In this document: piece by piece, positions 8,444 to 18,443 of the stretch
Numbering within the stretch: position 1 is the first letter of the stretch
Layout of the letters: every line of letters begins with the position of its first letter
Source of the DNA: Pseudomonadota bacterium
GTDB taxonomy: Bacteria > Pseudomonadota > Alphaproteobacteria > Sphingomonadales > Sphingomonadaceae
NCBI GenBank assembly: GCA_023400405.1
Contig: JAEXFD010000052.1
Coordinates: 13,832-77,831, forward strand
Direction: 5' to 3'
DNA length: 64,000 nt
Position numbers and translations under genes: made by a program
Notes under the pieces: model-generated
Database searches by the model: none
What the model was told of the DNA's origin: nothing
Seen by the model: only the letters and a program-made list of their open reading frames with translations

Positions 8444-10126
8444 ATGAGCAACGCCCTCACGCCCGCTGATCCGCCCGCGCTGCCCGCCGCCGCGGGGCGC
8501 CTTTCCCAGCCGCTCGGCCAGCTGCGCGGCCTGATGGCCCAGCCGGCCGTTCGTCGCGCGATGCCGCTGCTGCTCCTGGTCGGACTGGTCGCCGCCGGCT
8601 TCCTTGCGTGGTCGCTGGTCGCGTCCTCGCCGCAGCGCATCCTGTTCGCCAATGTGACGGACGCGGACAAGGCGGCGATCAGCAGCGCGCTCGAAGGCGC
8701 CAATATCAAGTCGAGTATCGACAGCTCGGGCTCGATCACCGTCGCCGAGGACGATTACCACAAGGCGCGGATGCTGCTGGCCAGCCAGAACCTGCCCAAG
8801 GCGGCGCCTGGCGGCTATCAGATCCTCGACCAGTTGCCGATGGGCGTCAGCCGTGCCGTCGAGGGCGAGCGGCTGCGCCAGGCGCGCGAGACCGAGCTTG
8901 CCCGATCGATCGAGGAAATCGATTCGGTCGCCGAGGCCCGCGTCCATCTCGCCACGCCCGAGGCCAGCGTGTTCGTCCGCGACAAGGCGGCGCCGTCCGC
9001 CTCGGTCATCGTCAAGCTCCAGCCGGGCCGGGCGCTCGGCGAGGCGCAGATCCGCGCGATCGTCAATCTCGTCGCCTCGTCGGTCCCCGGCATGGCGCCG
9101 GAGAACGTCACCATCGTCGATCAGATGGGCGCCTTGCTTTCCAAGCAGGGCGGCGACCCCGGATCGGCGGCCAGCGATGCGCGGATCGACTATCAGCGCC
9201 GCGTCGAGGACAAATATCGCCAGCAGCTTATCCAGCTACTGACCCCGCTGGTCGGCGCAGGCAATTTCACGGCCGAGGTGCAGGCCGACGTCGATCTCGA
9301 CGAAAACCAGGCGACCCGCGAAAGCTATGACAAGGAAGGCGCAGTGCTCGCCGCCGAACAGGGCGCCTGGACTGGCGCCAAGGACGGCGCCGCGCCCGGG
9401 GGCATTCCCGGCGCGCTGTCGAACAGCCCGCCGCCCCCCGCCACGATCACCTCGCCCAATGCGCAGCCGACGCCCGGCGCGACCCCGGCGCCCACGGCCG
9501 CCGGCGCCGCTCCGGCGACGCCGCAACAAAAGCAGAGCGACAGCTTCACCCGCACCTACGAAACCGGCAAGCAGGTCTCCGTCACGCGCGCCACGCCGGG
9601 CGGCATCAAGCGGCTGTCGGTCGCGGTGCTGCTGCGCGAGGAGCCGGGCAAGCCGCGCTCGACGGTCGAGATCCAGCAGGTCACGCAGCTCGTCCAGGCT
9701 GCGGTCGGCTATAATCCCGGCCGCCAGGATCAGGTGACCGTGATCAGCCGCAAGTTTACCGGCGCCTCCGATCCCGGAGAGAAGGCCCAGGCCTGGTACG
9801 ATGCCGATTGGGTGCCGCTCGCGGCGCGCAACGCGACCGCGCTGGTGATCGCGCTGCTCGTGCTGTTCCTCGGCGTCCGGCCGCTCACCAAGGCGTTGCT
9901 CAAGAAGCGTGACGATGCCGGCGCGAGCCACCGTCCGGCGCTGGCGATCGGCGGGCATGAGCCGGGCGCCAGCGAGGCCGGTCGGCCCGCGGTGAGCATC
10001 GAGATGCTCGACAATGCCGGCCACAGCTATGACCAGCGCGTCGGCCTGGTGCGCGGCTTCACGCGCGACAATCCGGCGCGCGCGGCGCTGGCGGTGCGCG
10101 ACATGATCAAGGCCGACGGCCAATGA
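8444..10126 (+). CDS. fliF: Flagellar MS-ring protein FliF
   Basis: Two TM segments, 'ELARSIEEI..V.EARVHL', 'PSASVIVKL', 'GGIPGALSN', 'IKRLSVAVL'. Confidence 0.96.
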   Translation: MSNALTPADPPALPAAAGRLSQPLGQLRGLMAQPAVRRAMPLLLLVGLVAAGFLAWSLVASSPQRILFANVTDADKAAISSALEGANIKSSIDSSGSITVAEDDYHKARMLLASQNLPKAAPGGYQILDQLPMGVSRAVEGERLRQARETELARSIEEIDSVAEARVHLATPEASVFVRDKAAPSASVIVKLQPGRALGEAQIRAIVNLVASSVPGMAPENVTIVDQMGALLSKQGGDPGSAASDARIDYQRRVEDKYRQQLIQLLTPLVGAGNFTAEVQADVDLDENQATRESYDKEGAVLAAEQGAWTGAKDGAAPGGIPGALSNSPPPPATITSPNAQPTPGATPAPTAAGAAPATPQQKQSDSFTRTYETGKQVSVTRATPGGIKRLSVAVLLREEPGKPRSTVEIQQVTQLVQAAVGYNPGRQDQVTVISRKFTGASDPGEKAQAWYDADWVPLAARNATALVIALLVLFLGVRPLTKALLKKRDDAGASHRPALAIGGHEPGASEAGRPAVSIEMLDNAGHSYDQRVGLVRGFTRDNPARAALAVRDMIKADGQ

Positions 10127-11139
10127 ACGCGGTCCGCCATTTCAGCGGAGTCGAGCGCGCCGCCGTGCTGATGATGCTGGTCGGCGAGGAGGAGGCAGCG
10201 GCCATCCTCCAGAAGCTCGATCCCGAGGAAGTGCGCCAGCTCGGCAAGGCGATGTTCAACGTCGCCGATGTCAGCGAGGCCGAAGTCGAGACCGTGCTCG
10301 ACGATTTCGTGTTCAAGGCGCGCGAGCGCACTGGCGTCAGCTTCGATCCCGCCCCGAAGATCGAAAGCATCATGACCAAGGCGCTGGGGCCCGAGCGTGC
10401 CTCGGGCGTGCTTGCGCGGGTGATGCCGGCGCAGCAGGCCGCTTCGATCGAATGGCTCGACTGGTTCGAGCCCGAGGAGATCGCCGGGATGATCGAGGAG
10501 GAACATCCCCAGATCGCCGCGGTGCTGCTCGCCAATCTCGATCCCGACATCGCTGCCAAGGTCTTCGAGCATCTGCCCGAAGCCGTGCAGCCGCAGATCC
10601 TGCGCCGCGTCGCCAAGCTGGGGCCGGTGCCGCCCGAGGCGATCGAGACGCTGAAGACGATGCTCCAGCGCCGTGCCGGATCCGGCGGACGCAAGCCGAC
10701 CGGCGGGATTCAGCTCGGCGGCACGCGCGAGGCGGCGAAGATCCTGTCGGGCGCCCGCAAGGTCACCGAGCAGCGCGTGATGCCCAAGCTCGCCAAGATC
10801 GACCGCGAGCTCGCCCGCGCGATTGAGGAGGCGATGTTCGTCTTCGACAATCTGCTCGAGCTCGACGACAAGAACTTGTCGACGCTCATTCGCAACATCG
10901 ACACGACGATCCTGGTCAAGTCGCTCAAGGGCGTCGAGGAAGACGTGCGCACGCGCTTCCTCGGCTGCATGTCGAGCCGCGCCGCGGATGGCATCCGCGA
11001 CGAGATGGAAGCGCTCGGCCCGATGAAGATGGCCGACGTGCTCGATGCGCAAAAGGCGATGATCGCCGTCGCGCGCGGCCTGGTGAAGGACGGGACGATC
11101 CAGATGCCGTCCAAGGGCGGGGACGACGACTATGTCTGA
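10123..11139 (+). CDS. fliG: Flagellar motor switch protein FliG
   Basis: 'EEHPQIAAV', 'GG...AAKIL', 'MFVFDNL', 'MSSRAADGIRDEM'. Confidence 0.96.
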   Translation: MNAVRHFSGVERAAVLMMLVGEEEAAAILQKLDPEEVRQLGKAMFNVADVSEAEVETVLDDFVFKARERTGVSFDPAPKIESIMTKALGPERASGVLARVMPAQQAASIEWLDWFEPEEIAGMIEEEHPQIAAVLLANLDPDIAAKVFEHLPEAVQPQILRRVAKLGPVPPEAIETLKTMLQRRAGSGGRKPTGGIQLGGTREAAKILSGARKVTEQRVMPKLAKIDRELARAIEEAMFVFDNLLELDDKNLSTLIRNIDTTILVKSLKGVEEDVRTRFLGCMSSRAADGIRDEMEALGPMKMADVLDAQKAMIAVARGLVKDGTIQMPSKGGDDDYV

Positions 11140-11857
11140 GTTCGCGCCGGGCTTTGCCGGCCGCATCCATGTCGCCGAAGACGTGCTGCAGCGCGCGTTT
11201 GGCGATCCGGCCGGCTTCGCGCCGTCGTCGGTCGATCGGATCGGCCGGCGCGGGACGGGTGGGGCGGCAGCACCGCGCCACTTCGCGCCTGCCAATCCGG
11301 ACAGCCGGCCGACCGAGGGCTGGGACCCGTTCTCCGCGGACGTGAAGCCCGGCGACCATGGCGCCTTTCTCGACCCGATCGCCGCGGCCCATGACGCGGG
11401 CTATGCCGAGGGCCATGCCGCGGCGCTGGCCGAAGTCGAGGCGGTGCGTGCCCGCGAGGCGGCGCTGCTCGACCAGGTCTCGTCGGCGCTGGCCACCGGT
11501 GCGCATTTCGATCGCGAACGCATGGCCGGGCATTTGCGCCAGACCGTGCTCCATCTTGTCTCGCGCCTGGTCGGCGAAGTCGGCATCGCGCCCGACGTGC
11601 TGGCGCAGCGCATCACCGCCGCCGTCGACCTGCTCGCCGACAATGCCGAATCGGCGCTGCTCCGGCTGCATCCGGACGATGTGCCGCTGGTCGAGGGCAA
11701 GCTGCCCGCTTCGATTTTCCCGGTCGGCGATCCGCATGTCGCGCGTGGCGGCTTCGTCGTCGAAAGCGCGTCGACGATCGTCGAGGACGGGCCCGACCTG
11801 TGGCTCGAACAGCTCGCCCAGGCGATCGACCGCGTGCCGCTGCCGCCCCTATGCTGA
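11132..11857 (+). CDS. fliH: Flagellar assembly protein FliH
   Basis: AxxxGxxxG repeat, 'LRLHPDD', 'RGGFVVE'; between fliG and fliI. Confidence 0.9.
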   Translation: MSEFAPGFAGRIHVAEDVLQRAFGDPAGFAPSSVDRIGRRGTGGAAAPRHFAPANPDSRPTEGWDPFSADVKPGDHGAFLDPIAAAHDAGYAEGHAAALAEVEAVRAREAALLDQVSSALATGAHFDRERMAGHLRQTVLHLVSRLVGEVGIAPDVLAQRITAAVDLLADNAESALLRLHPDDVPLVEGKLPASIFPVGDPHVARGGFVVESASTIVEDGPDLWLEQLAQAIDRVPLPPLC

Positions 11858-13179
11858 ACGATTTCGCGGCGGACTATCTCGCCGGCCTCGGCCATTCCGA
11901 TTTCTCGGCGCGGCCCAAGGTTTCGGGGCGCCTCGCTTCCTATGACGGGCTGCTGATGGAGGCGGTCGGGCTCACCTTGCCGGTCGGCACGGTCTGCGCG
12001 ATCGGCGAAGGGGCCGGGCGCGTCGAGGCCGAAGTGATCGGCTTTCGCGCCGGCCGAACGCTGATGATGAACCTGGGCGGCCCCGCGCCGCTGCTCCCCA
12101 ATGCGCCGGTGCGCCCGATCGGCCCGCCGGGCGAGGCGGAAGTCGGCGCGGCGCTGCTGGGCCGGGTGGTCGATGGCGCGGGCAAGCCGATCGACGGGCT
12201 TGGGCCGATCCGCGGCGCCGCCAAATGGCCGCTTTCGGGCAAGCTCCAGTCGCCGCTCGATCGCGGCCGCGTGCTCCAGCCGCTCGACGTCGGCGTGCGC
12301 GCGATCAACGGGCTGCTGACGATCGGCCAGGGCCAGCGCGTCGGCATCATGGCGGGATCGGGCGTCGGCAAATCGGTGCTGCTCGGCATGATGGTCCGCG
12401 CGGCCGAGGCCGATGTCGTCGTCGTCGGGCTGATCGGGGAGCGCTCGCGCGAAGTCGCCGACTTCCTCGAGACCAAGGTCGCCGGCGCGGCGCGGCAGCG
12501 CGCCGTCGTCGTCGCGGTGCCGGCCAATCATTCGCCGGTGCTGCGCATCCGCGGCGCGCTGCGCGCGACGGCGATCGCCGAGGCCTTTCGTGCCGAGGGC
12601 AAGAAGGTGATGCTGATCATCGACAGCCTCACTCGCGTCGCCCATGCCGGCCGCGAGATCGGGCTGGCGCTGGGCGAGCCGGCGAGCGCGCGCGGCTATC
12701 CGCCCAGCGCGATCGCAATGCTGCCGAGCCTGATCGAGCGCGCCGGCACCGACGTGCATAGCGGCGGATCGATCACGGCGATCTACACCGTGCTCGCCGA
12801 TGGCGACGACGGCAACGATCCGGTGGTCGATTCGGCGCGATCGATCCTCGACGGGCATATCGTGCTGAGCCGGGCGCTGGCCGAACGCGGCGTCTATCCG
12901 GCGATCGACCTCGGCCCCTCGGTGAGCCGGGTGATGACCGATATCGCCGCCAAGCCGCACATCGCCGCCGCGCGGGTATTGCGCCGGCACCTCGCGACCT
13001 ACGAGGAGAATCGCGACCTGGTGCTGATGGGCGCCTATCGTGCGGGTGCCGATCCGGAGATCGACGCGGCGATCGCCTGCCATCCGGCGGTGATGGAATA
13101 TATCCGCCAGGGCGCCGACGAAGTGGTAAGCCTGGGCGACTCGATTGCCGAACTGGTCGGCGTGTTCGGCGATGGCTAG
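11851..13179 (+). CDS. fliI: Flagellar export ATPase FliI
   Basis: Walker A 'AGSGVGKS', 'GLIGERSREV', 'DSLTRVAHA', 'RGYPPS', 'DGHIVLSR'. Confidence 0.96.
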   Translation: MLNDFAADYLAGLGHSDFSARPKVSGRLASYDGLLMEAVGLTLPVGTVCAIGEGAGRVEAEVIGFRAGRTLMMNLGGPAPLLPNAPVRPIGPPGEAEVGAALLGRVVDGAGKPIDGLGPIRGAAKWPLSGKLQSPLDRGRVLQPLDVGVRAINGLLTIGQGQRVGIMAGSGVGKSVLLGMMVRAAEADVVVVGLIGERSREVADFLETKVAGAARQRAVVVAVPANHSPVLRIRGALRATAIAEAFRAEGKKVMLIIDSLTRVAHAGREIGLALGEPASARGYPPSAIAMLPSLIERAGTDVHSGGSITAIYTVLADGDDGNDPVVDSARSILDGHIVLSRALAERGVYPAIDLGPSVSRVMTDIAAKPHIAAARVLRRHLATYEENRDLVLMGAYRAGADPEIDAAIACHPAVMEYIRQGADEVVSLGDSIAELVGVFGDG

Positions 13180-13597
13180 GTCCGCCAAGCGGCTCGACCG
13201 GCTGCTCCGCGTGCGCACGCTCCAGCTCGGCGAAGTGCGGTCCGCCGAGCTGCGCGCGCGCGCCCGCGTCGATCAGGAAGCGCAGCTGCGCGATCGGATC
13301 GCGACCCTCGCCGCCAATGTCGCGCCGTCGCCCTCCGGCGTCGAATTCGCCAACAGCCTGATCTCGGCCGCGCATTATCGCGACCGGCTGCACCAGTCCG
13401 CCTTCGCGGCGGATCGGCGCGTCGAAGTCGCCGAACAGGGGCTCGAAGCCGCCGCCGCCGCCACGCGCGAGGCGCGCCGCGACCAGAATGCGATCGAGAA
13501 GCTGATCGTCCGCGCCGAGGCCGATGCCGCGCTCGAGGCGCTGCGCGCGCTGGAGGCGCTGCCCCCGCTTGGGAAAAACCGGCACGATCTTTGCTGA
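13172..13597 (+). CDS. fliJ: Flagellar export protein FliJ
   Basis: ~141-aa coiled-coil protein immediately after fliI. Confidence 0.75.
   Translation: MARSAKRLDRLLRVRTLQLGEVRSAELRARARVDQEAQLRDRIATLAANVAPSPSGVEFANSLISAAHYRDRLHQSAFAADRRVEVAEQGLEAAAAATREARRDQNAIEKLIVRAEADAALEALRALEALPPLGKNRHDLC
13580..13595 (+). promoter_or_regulatory. Internal sigma54 promoter for fliK and downstream genes (within the 3' end of fliJ)
   Basis: CGGCAC-gatct-TTGCT matches the -24/-12 consensus. Confidence 0.75.
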
Positions 13598-13632
13598 GAG
13601 GCTCCGTGAGGGATTTCCACGGGGGCCAGAGC

Positions 13633-15192
13633 TTGATCCAATCATCGACATTGCTGCCCGGCATCGCGATCGGCCCGGTCAAGTCGGGCGCGCCCGCGCT
13701 CGCGCTTTCGGGGGAGACGAGCGGCTTTGCGCTCGCGCTCGGGGCATTGATGCCCCAGCGGATCGCGCTGCCAAGCACGCCGAAGGGCACGACGGTCGCG
13801 ACCGACCCGGTCCCGGCGACGCGGCAGGATGTTGCCGAGGGCGGCAAGGATCTGCCGGAATCGCTGGTCGGGATCGACGACAAGGGGGACGGGGACAGCG
13901 GCGAGGAACCGGCGCCGGACCGGGGCGAGCCCGAGGATGCCCCCCCGCCGGCCTTTCCCTGGTTCGCGGCCGCGCCGATCGTGCTGCCACAGCCGGTCCC
14001 CGCGCCGACACCCGTGCCCGCCGCGACAGCACCGGTGGCGCCTCGGCAGGCGCCGGTGGCGATCGATCCGGCTGCCCTCAAGCCCGCACCATCGACGCCG
14101 CTGGCTTCCAACGCCGGCACGGAAGCGCCGATCGACGTCGCTCCGGCACCCGCTCGCGCCCGCCAGGTCGCCTCGGCGCCCGTAGCGCGTCAACCCGACC
14201 GCTCCCCGGCCGCCTCTGCGCCGTCGCCCGCGCCGACACAGGACGCACCCTTGAGCGCGGCGCCGCCGGTACCGCCAGTGGCGGCAGCACCGGTTGCGGC
14301 CGGCATGGCTCCGTCAGCGGCGACTGTCGCCGACCTTCTGCCCTCGGCCGACAAGCCGGGAGCCGCGAAGCCGCCACGCGCCGCCGCCGTGGACATCGAT
14401 CTCGAAGCCATTGCCGCTCCGACCGCCAAGGCCGCTGACGCGCCGGTGCCCGCGCCCGTCACGCCGGCTCACGGGTTTCGCCGCGCCGATGCGCCGGTCG
14501 TGCGGATCGAGCCGCAAAGCGTTGCAACGCCCGCGCCGGCCCAAGCGCGCACCGCCGCCGATCTCGCGACCATCGTCCGCGACGTCGCCCCGGCACCCGC
14601 CGAGCCGCGAAATCCGGCACCCGCGGGCGCGGAAGCCGCCCCCGCGATCGGCGCCAGCACAGCGGCGCAGACGGCCGCAGCGGTGCTCGCGCCGGCGCAG
14701 GACGATCGGCCGATGCTCGACACGCGCAAGCCCGAATGGATGCACGCCATGATCGAGCGGATCGAGACGCTGCGCGACGGCGCCGGTCCCGCGCGCGAGG
14801 CCAAGCTGAGCCTGGTGCCCGAAGCGCTCGGCCGGATCGACATCGCCATTCGCCATGACGAGGGCGGCCTGCACGTCCAGTTCAACACCGAGACCCATGC
14901 CGCGCGCGAGCTGATCGCCGAGGCGCAGCCCAAGCTCGCCGAGATCGCCGAATCGCGCGGCCTCAGGATCGGCTCGACGAGTGTCGATTCGAGCGGGGTC
15001 GGCGGCAATGCGCAATCGAACGGCCAGTCGGCCTTCTCGTCGAACGGCCAGGCTGCCGCCGGCTGGAGCGCCCAGTCGGGGTCCGGCCAACGCCAGGACG
15101 GCGGCGCGCGGCAGTCCGCTCTGCCAGCCGCGCCGGCGCGGGCGCACGCCCATGAAGATCCTGCAACCGATAGCGACGAACGCGTCGCCTGA
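13633..15192 (+). CDS. fliK: Flagellar hook-length control protein FliK
   Basis: Long Pro/Ala-rich region plus C-terminal T3S4 domain 'AKLSLVPEALGRIDIAI'; TTG start inferred, exact start uncertain. Confidence 0.88.
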   Translation: MIQSSTLLPGIAIGPVKSGAPALALSGETSGFALALGALMPQRIALPSTPKGTTVATDPVPATRQDVAEGGKDLPESLVGIDDKGDGDSGEEPAPDRGEPEDAPPPAFPWFAAAPIVLPQPVPAPTPVPAATAPVAPRQAPVAIDPAALKPAPSTPLASNAGTEAPIDVAPAPARARQVASAPVARQPDRSPAASAPSPAPTQDAPLSAAPPVPPVAAAPVAAGMAPSAATVADLLPSADKPGAAKPPRAAAVDIDLEAIAAPTAKAADAPVPAPVTPAHGFRRADAPVVRIEPQSVATPAPAQARTAADLATIVRDVAPAPAEPRNPAPAGAEAAPAIGASTAAQTAAAVLAPAQDDRPMLDTRKPEWMHAMIERIETLRDGAGPAREAKLSLVPEALGRIDIAIRHDEGGLHVQFNTETHAARELIAEAQPKLAEIAESRGLRIGSTSVDSSGVGGNAQSNGQSAFSSNGQAAAGWSAQSGSGQRQDGGARQSALPAAPARAHAHEDPATDSDERVA

Positions 15193-15209
15193 TACCGATG
15201 GAGACCTTG

Positions 15210-15836
15210 ATGTCCGACAGCAACGAAGCCGCCGCGGCACCGAAGAAAAAGAAGAAGGGCAAGCTGCTGCTGTTCGCCGGCGTGCCGGTGCTGCTGCTCG
15301 CCGGCGGGGGCGGGGCGACCTTTTACGGAATGAAGGCGGGCTGGTTCAACGCTGCCGCGCATGCCGAGGAATCGGATGAGCCGCATCTCGTGCCCAAGAG
15401 CGAAGAGAAGCGCGCTTCGCTGAAGGCCGAAGGCGGCGAGCATGGCGAAGGCGGCGGCGAAGCGAGCGCGGCCGGCCATGGCGGCAAGCCCACGCCCAAG
15501 GGCGAGGGCGGCGACAAATACGCCTCCAGCTATTATCCGATGGAGAAGGAGTTCACCTCCAACCTCCAGGACAGCGTCCACTTCATCCAAGTCGGCATCG
15601 CCGTCTCGACGCCCTATGACGAGCGCGTTCTCGAGAACATCAAGACGCATGAGATCGCGATTCGCTCGGCGGTGCTGATGGCGCTGGGCGAGACGACCGA
15701 GGACGAGGTATTCACTGCCGAGGGCAAGCGCCACATCCAGGATCGCCTGGCCAAGGCGATCAACGGCGTGCTGAAGGAAAAGGAAGGCTTTGGCGGCGTT
15801 AGTAACGTCTACTTTACCAATTTCATTGTTCAGTGA
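15210..15836 (+). CDS. fliL: Flagellar basal body-associated protein FliL
   Basis: 'KKKKKGK' + TM, 'FTSNL', 'IRSAVL', 'VYFTNFIVQ'. Confidence 0.94.
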   Translation: MSDSNEAAAAPKKKKKGKLLLFAGVPVLLLAGGGGATFYGMKAGWFNAAAHAEESDEPHLVPKSEEKRASLKAEGGEHGEGGGEASAAGHGGKPTPKGEGGDKYASSYYPMEKEFTSNLQDSVHFIQVGIAVSTPYDERVLENIKTHEIAIRSAVLMALGETTEDEVFTAEGKRHIQDRLAKAINGVLKEKEGFGGVSNVYFTNFIVQ

Positions 15837-15842
15837 ACGGGC

Positions 15843-16790
15843 ATGGTTAACAGCCCTTCAGCGAACGGCACGGCCGAACGGCGGGAACGTCCCCGAGCGA
15901 GCGCGGAACACGCGCCGGCGCTCGGCGCGGCGAACCTCAATCCGTTCGGCGACCTGGTCACGCTCCAGCACCTGAGCGCGCGCCTGGCCCGTTCGCTCAA
16001 GGGGCTGTGCGAGGGGATGATGCGCCGCGAGCTGCGCGCCTGGGCCGAGCCGCTCTCGGTCCAGCGCTTCGCCGACTACAAGGCCGAGCGCGGCGCGGGA
16101 CTATCCGCATGGCAGCCGCTGGCGATGGGCAGCGCCCGCGCGCGCGGGCAGATCGTGCTCGGCGCGCCGCTCGTCTTCGAGATGCTCGATGCCTTTTTCG
16201 GCGGCGAGGGCGATGCGCCCAATCCGCTGCCGGCCGAATTCACCGCCGCGGCCGAGACGCTGGTCGCGCGTTTCGCCGAAACCGCCTGCGGGCTGCTCGA
16301 TACCGCCTGGGAGCCGGTGTCCCGCATCGCCTTCCGCGCCGAGGCGAGCGGCAATCTCGCCGCCGGACCTGATCTCTCGGGCGAGGATCCGGTGGTGGTG
16401 ACTCGCTTCGGCATCGCCGCGGGCGACGCCAAGCCGCACTTCGTCGACATCCTCTATCCCGTCGCCGCCTTGAAGCCGCATGGCGCCGCGCTGACGGTGA
16501 AGGTCCATTCGGTGCCCGAGGAGGTCGAGCCGCACTGGCGATCGGGCCTCACGCGTGCGGTGATGCAGGTCACGCTGCCGATCCGCTCGGTGCTCGCCGA
16601 GCCGGTGCTGCCGCTCGGCCGCCTGCTCGAGCTCAAGGAAGGCGACATCATTCCGGTCGATTTCGGCCCCGAAGTGCCGGTGATGGTCGCCAACCGGCGG
16701 CTCGGCACCGGCCAGGTCGGCACCGCCCATGGCCGCGCCGCCGTGCGCATCACATCGCTCGAACCGATCAACGCAGAGGACTTCCAATGA
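15843..16790 (+). CDS. fliM: Flagellar motor switch protein FliM (atypical N-terminus)
   Basis: 'DAFFGG', 'EFTAAAE', C-terminal SpoA domain 'LLELKEGDIIP'; between fliL and fliN. Confidence 0.85.
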   Translation: MVNSPSANGTAERRERPRASAEHAPALGAANLNPFGDLVTLQHLSARLARSLKGLCEGMMRRELRAWAEPLSVQRFADYKAERGAGLSAWQPLAMGSARARGQIVLGAPLVFEMLDAFFGGEGDAPNPLPAEFTAAAETLVARFAETACGLLDTAWEPVSRIAFRAEASGNLAAGPDLSGEDPVVVTRFGIAAGDAKPHFVDILYPVAALKPHGAALTVKVHSVPEEVEPHWRSGLTRAVMQVTLPIRSVLAEPVLPLGRLLELKEGDIIPVDFGPEVPVMVANRRLGTGQVGTAHGRAAVRITSLEPINAEDFQ

Positions 16791-17083
16791 ACGACATGAC
16801 GGCCGCCTTTGCGGTGGACACGGCGCTGGCGGCCAATTTCCGGCTGCTCCAGGACGTCGACGTCAAGCTCACCGTCGAGATCGGCTCGACGCGGCTTACC
16901 CTGCGCGAACTGCTCGCGCTGAGCGAGACCAGCGTGATCGAGCTCGACCGCGATGCCGATGAGCTGCTCGACGTGTTCGTCAACGGCACGCTGATCGGCC
17001 GCGGCGAAGTGGTGACGGTGGGCGAGAAGTTCGGCGTGCGGATGACCGAGCTGGTCAGCCCGGACAAGCGCACGGCGCGCTGA
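16787..17083 (+). CDS. fliN: Flagellar motor switch protein FliN
   Basis: 'DVDVKLTVEIG', 'VNGTLIGRGEVV...FGVRM'. Confidence 0.95.
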   Translation: MNDMTAAFAVDTALAANFRLLQDVDVKLTVEIGSTRLTLRELLALSETSVIELDRDADELLDVFVNGTLIGRGEVVTVGEKFGVRMTELVSPDKRTAR

Positions 17084-17085
17084 TC

Positions 17086-17340
17086 ATGACCTGGTACATC
17101 GTCAAGCTGATCGTGCTGCTGCCGCTCGTCTGCGGCCTGCTGATCGGCTGCCTCTATGCCTGGCGAAAGCTCGAATCGCGCCTGCCCAAGAATCAGGGGC
17201 AGCGGATGGTGCAGCTCAAGGAGACGATGATGCTCTCCCCCGGCCTGCGCCTCGCGGTCATCGAGTTCGAAGGGCAGAAGCTGCTCGTCTCGGTGAGCCG
17301 CAGCGGCGTCACCCTGGTCGACAAGCAGGGACGCATCTGA
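17086..17340 (+). CDS. fliO: Flagellar biogenesis protein FliO
   Basis: N-terminal TM plus 'LSPGLRLAVIEFEGQKLLVSV'; between fliN and fliP. Confidence 0.85.
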   Translation: MTWYIVKLIVLLPLVCGLLIGCLYAWRKLESRLPKNQGQRMVQLKETMMLSPGLRLAVIEFEGQKLLVSVSRSGVTLVDKQGRI

Positions 17341-18167
17341 TGCGCGCCATGGTCGCCGCGCCGCGCACGATCGGGGGGCGTGCGGCGCTCTTCATCGGGC
17401 TGCTCGCCTTCCTCGTGCTGTTTGCCTGCCCGGCCTTCGCCCAGGGCGCCGCACCCGCGCTTCCCGCGCCGGTGCCCACGCCGGGCGTCGGCGACGCGGT
17501 CGATCGTGCGCTCGGCGACCTTGGCGGCGGCAATGCGCCGCTCAGCCTGTCGCTCCAGGTCCTCATCATCATGGGCCTGCTCACGGTGCTGCCGGGCATC
17601 CTGCTGATGATGACCAGCTTCACCCGGATCATCATCGTGCTGTCGCTGCTCCGCCAGGCGCTGGGCCTCCAGCAGACGCCGCCCAACCAGGTGCTGATCG
17701 GCCTGTCGCTGTTCCTCAGCTTCTTCGTGATGGCGCCGACGATCACGACGATGAACGCCAATGCCATCCAGCCCTATGCCGCCGGCCGCATCACCGCGAG
17801 CCAGATGATCGCCACTTCCGGGGACGCGCTGCATGGCTTCATGATCAAGCAGACGCGCACGAAGGACGTGACGATGTTCGCCCAGATGGCGAAGAGCGGG
17901 CCCTATGCGAAGCCCGACGACGTGCCCTTCTCGGTGCTGCTCCCGGCCTTCGTGACCAGCGAGCTCAAGACCGCCTTCCAGATCGGCTTTCTCATCTTCC
18001 TGCCCTTCATCGTGATCGACCTGGTCGTCGCCACCGTGCTGATGGCGCTGGGCATGATGATGATGTCGCCGACGATCATTTCGCTGCCCTTCAAGCTGCT
18101 CCTGTTCGTCCTCGTCGACGGATGGGCGCTGACCATGGGGTCGCTTGCCTCGAGCTTTGCGAGCTAG
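17340..18167 (+). CDS. fliP: Flagellar export protein FliP
   Basis: 'MTSFTRIIIVL', 'QQTPPNQVL', 'PAFVTSELKTAFQIG', 'SLPFKLLLFVLVDGW'. Confidence 0.97.
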   Translation: MRAMVAAPRTIGGRAALFIGLLAFLVLFACPAFAQGAAPALPAPVPTPGVGDAVDRALGDLGGGNAPLSLSLQVLIIMGLLTVLPGILLMMTSFTRIIIVLSLLRQALGLQQTPPNQVLIGLSLFLSFFVMAPTITTMNANAIQPYAAGRITASQMIATSGDALHGFMIKQTRTKDVTMFAQMAKSGPYAKPDDVPFSVLLPAFVTSELKTAFQIGFLIFLPFIVIDLVVATVLMALGMMMMSPTIISLPFKLLLFVLVDGWALTMGSLASSFAS

Positions 18168-18169
18168 AC

Positions 18170-18439
18170 ATGGACGCCGATTACTTCCTGACCGTCGGCC
18201 GAGAGGCGATGTGGGTGCTGGCCTTGGCCGCGACGCCGATCCTGGTGCCGGCGCTGATCTCCGGCCTGATCCTGGGGATGGTCCAAGCCGCGACCTCGAT
18301 CCAGGAACAGACGCTGAGCTTCGTGCCTAAGCTGATCGTGGTCGGCCTCAGCCTGGTGATCTTCGGCTCGATGATCCTCGGCCTGCTCGGCGATTTCACC
18401 ACGAGCATCTTCGAGCGCATCCCGGAACTGGTGCGGTGA
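18170..18439 (+). CDS. fliQ: Flagellar export protein FliQ
   Basis: 'QAATSIQEQTLSFVPK'. Confidence 0.95.
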   Translation: MDADYFLTVGREAMWVLALAATPILVPALISGLILGMVQAATSIQEQTLSFVPKLIVVGLSLVIFGSMILGLLGDFTTSIFERIPELVR

Positions 18440-18443
18440 TATT

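Noticed and set aside
13900..14700. Low-complexity Pro/Ala-rich stretch
   Set aside because: Expected unstructured ruler region of FliK; no DNA tandem repeat unit seen
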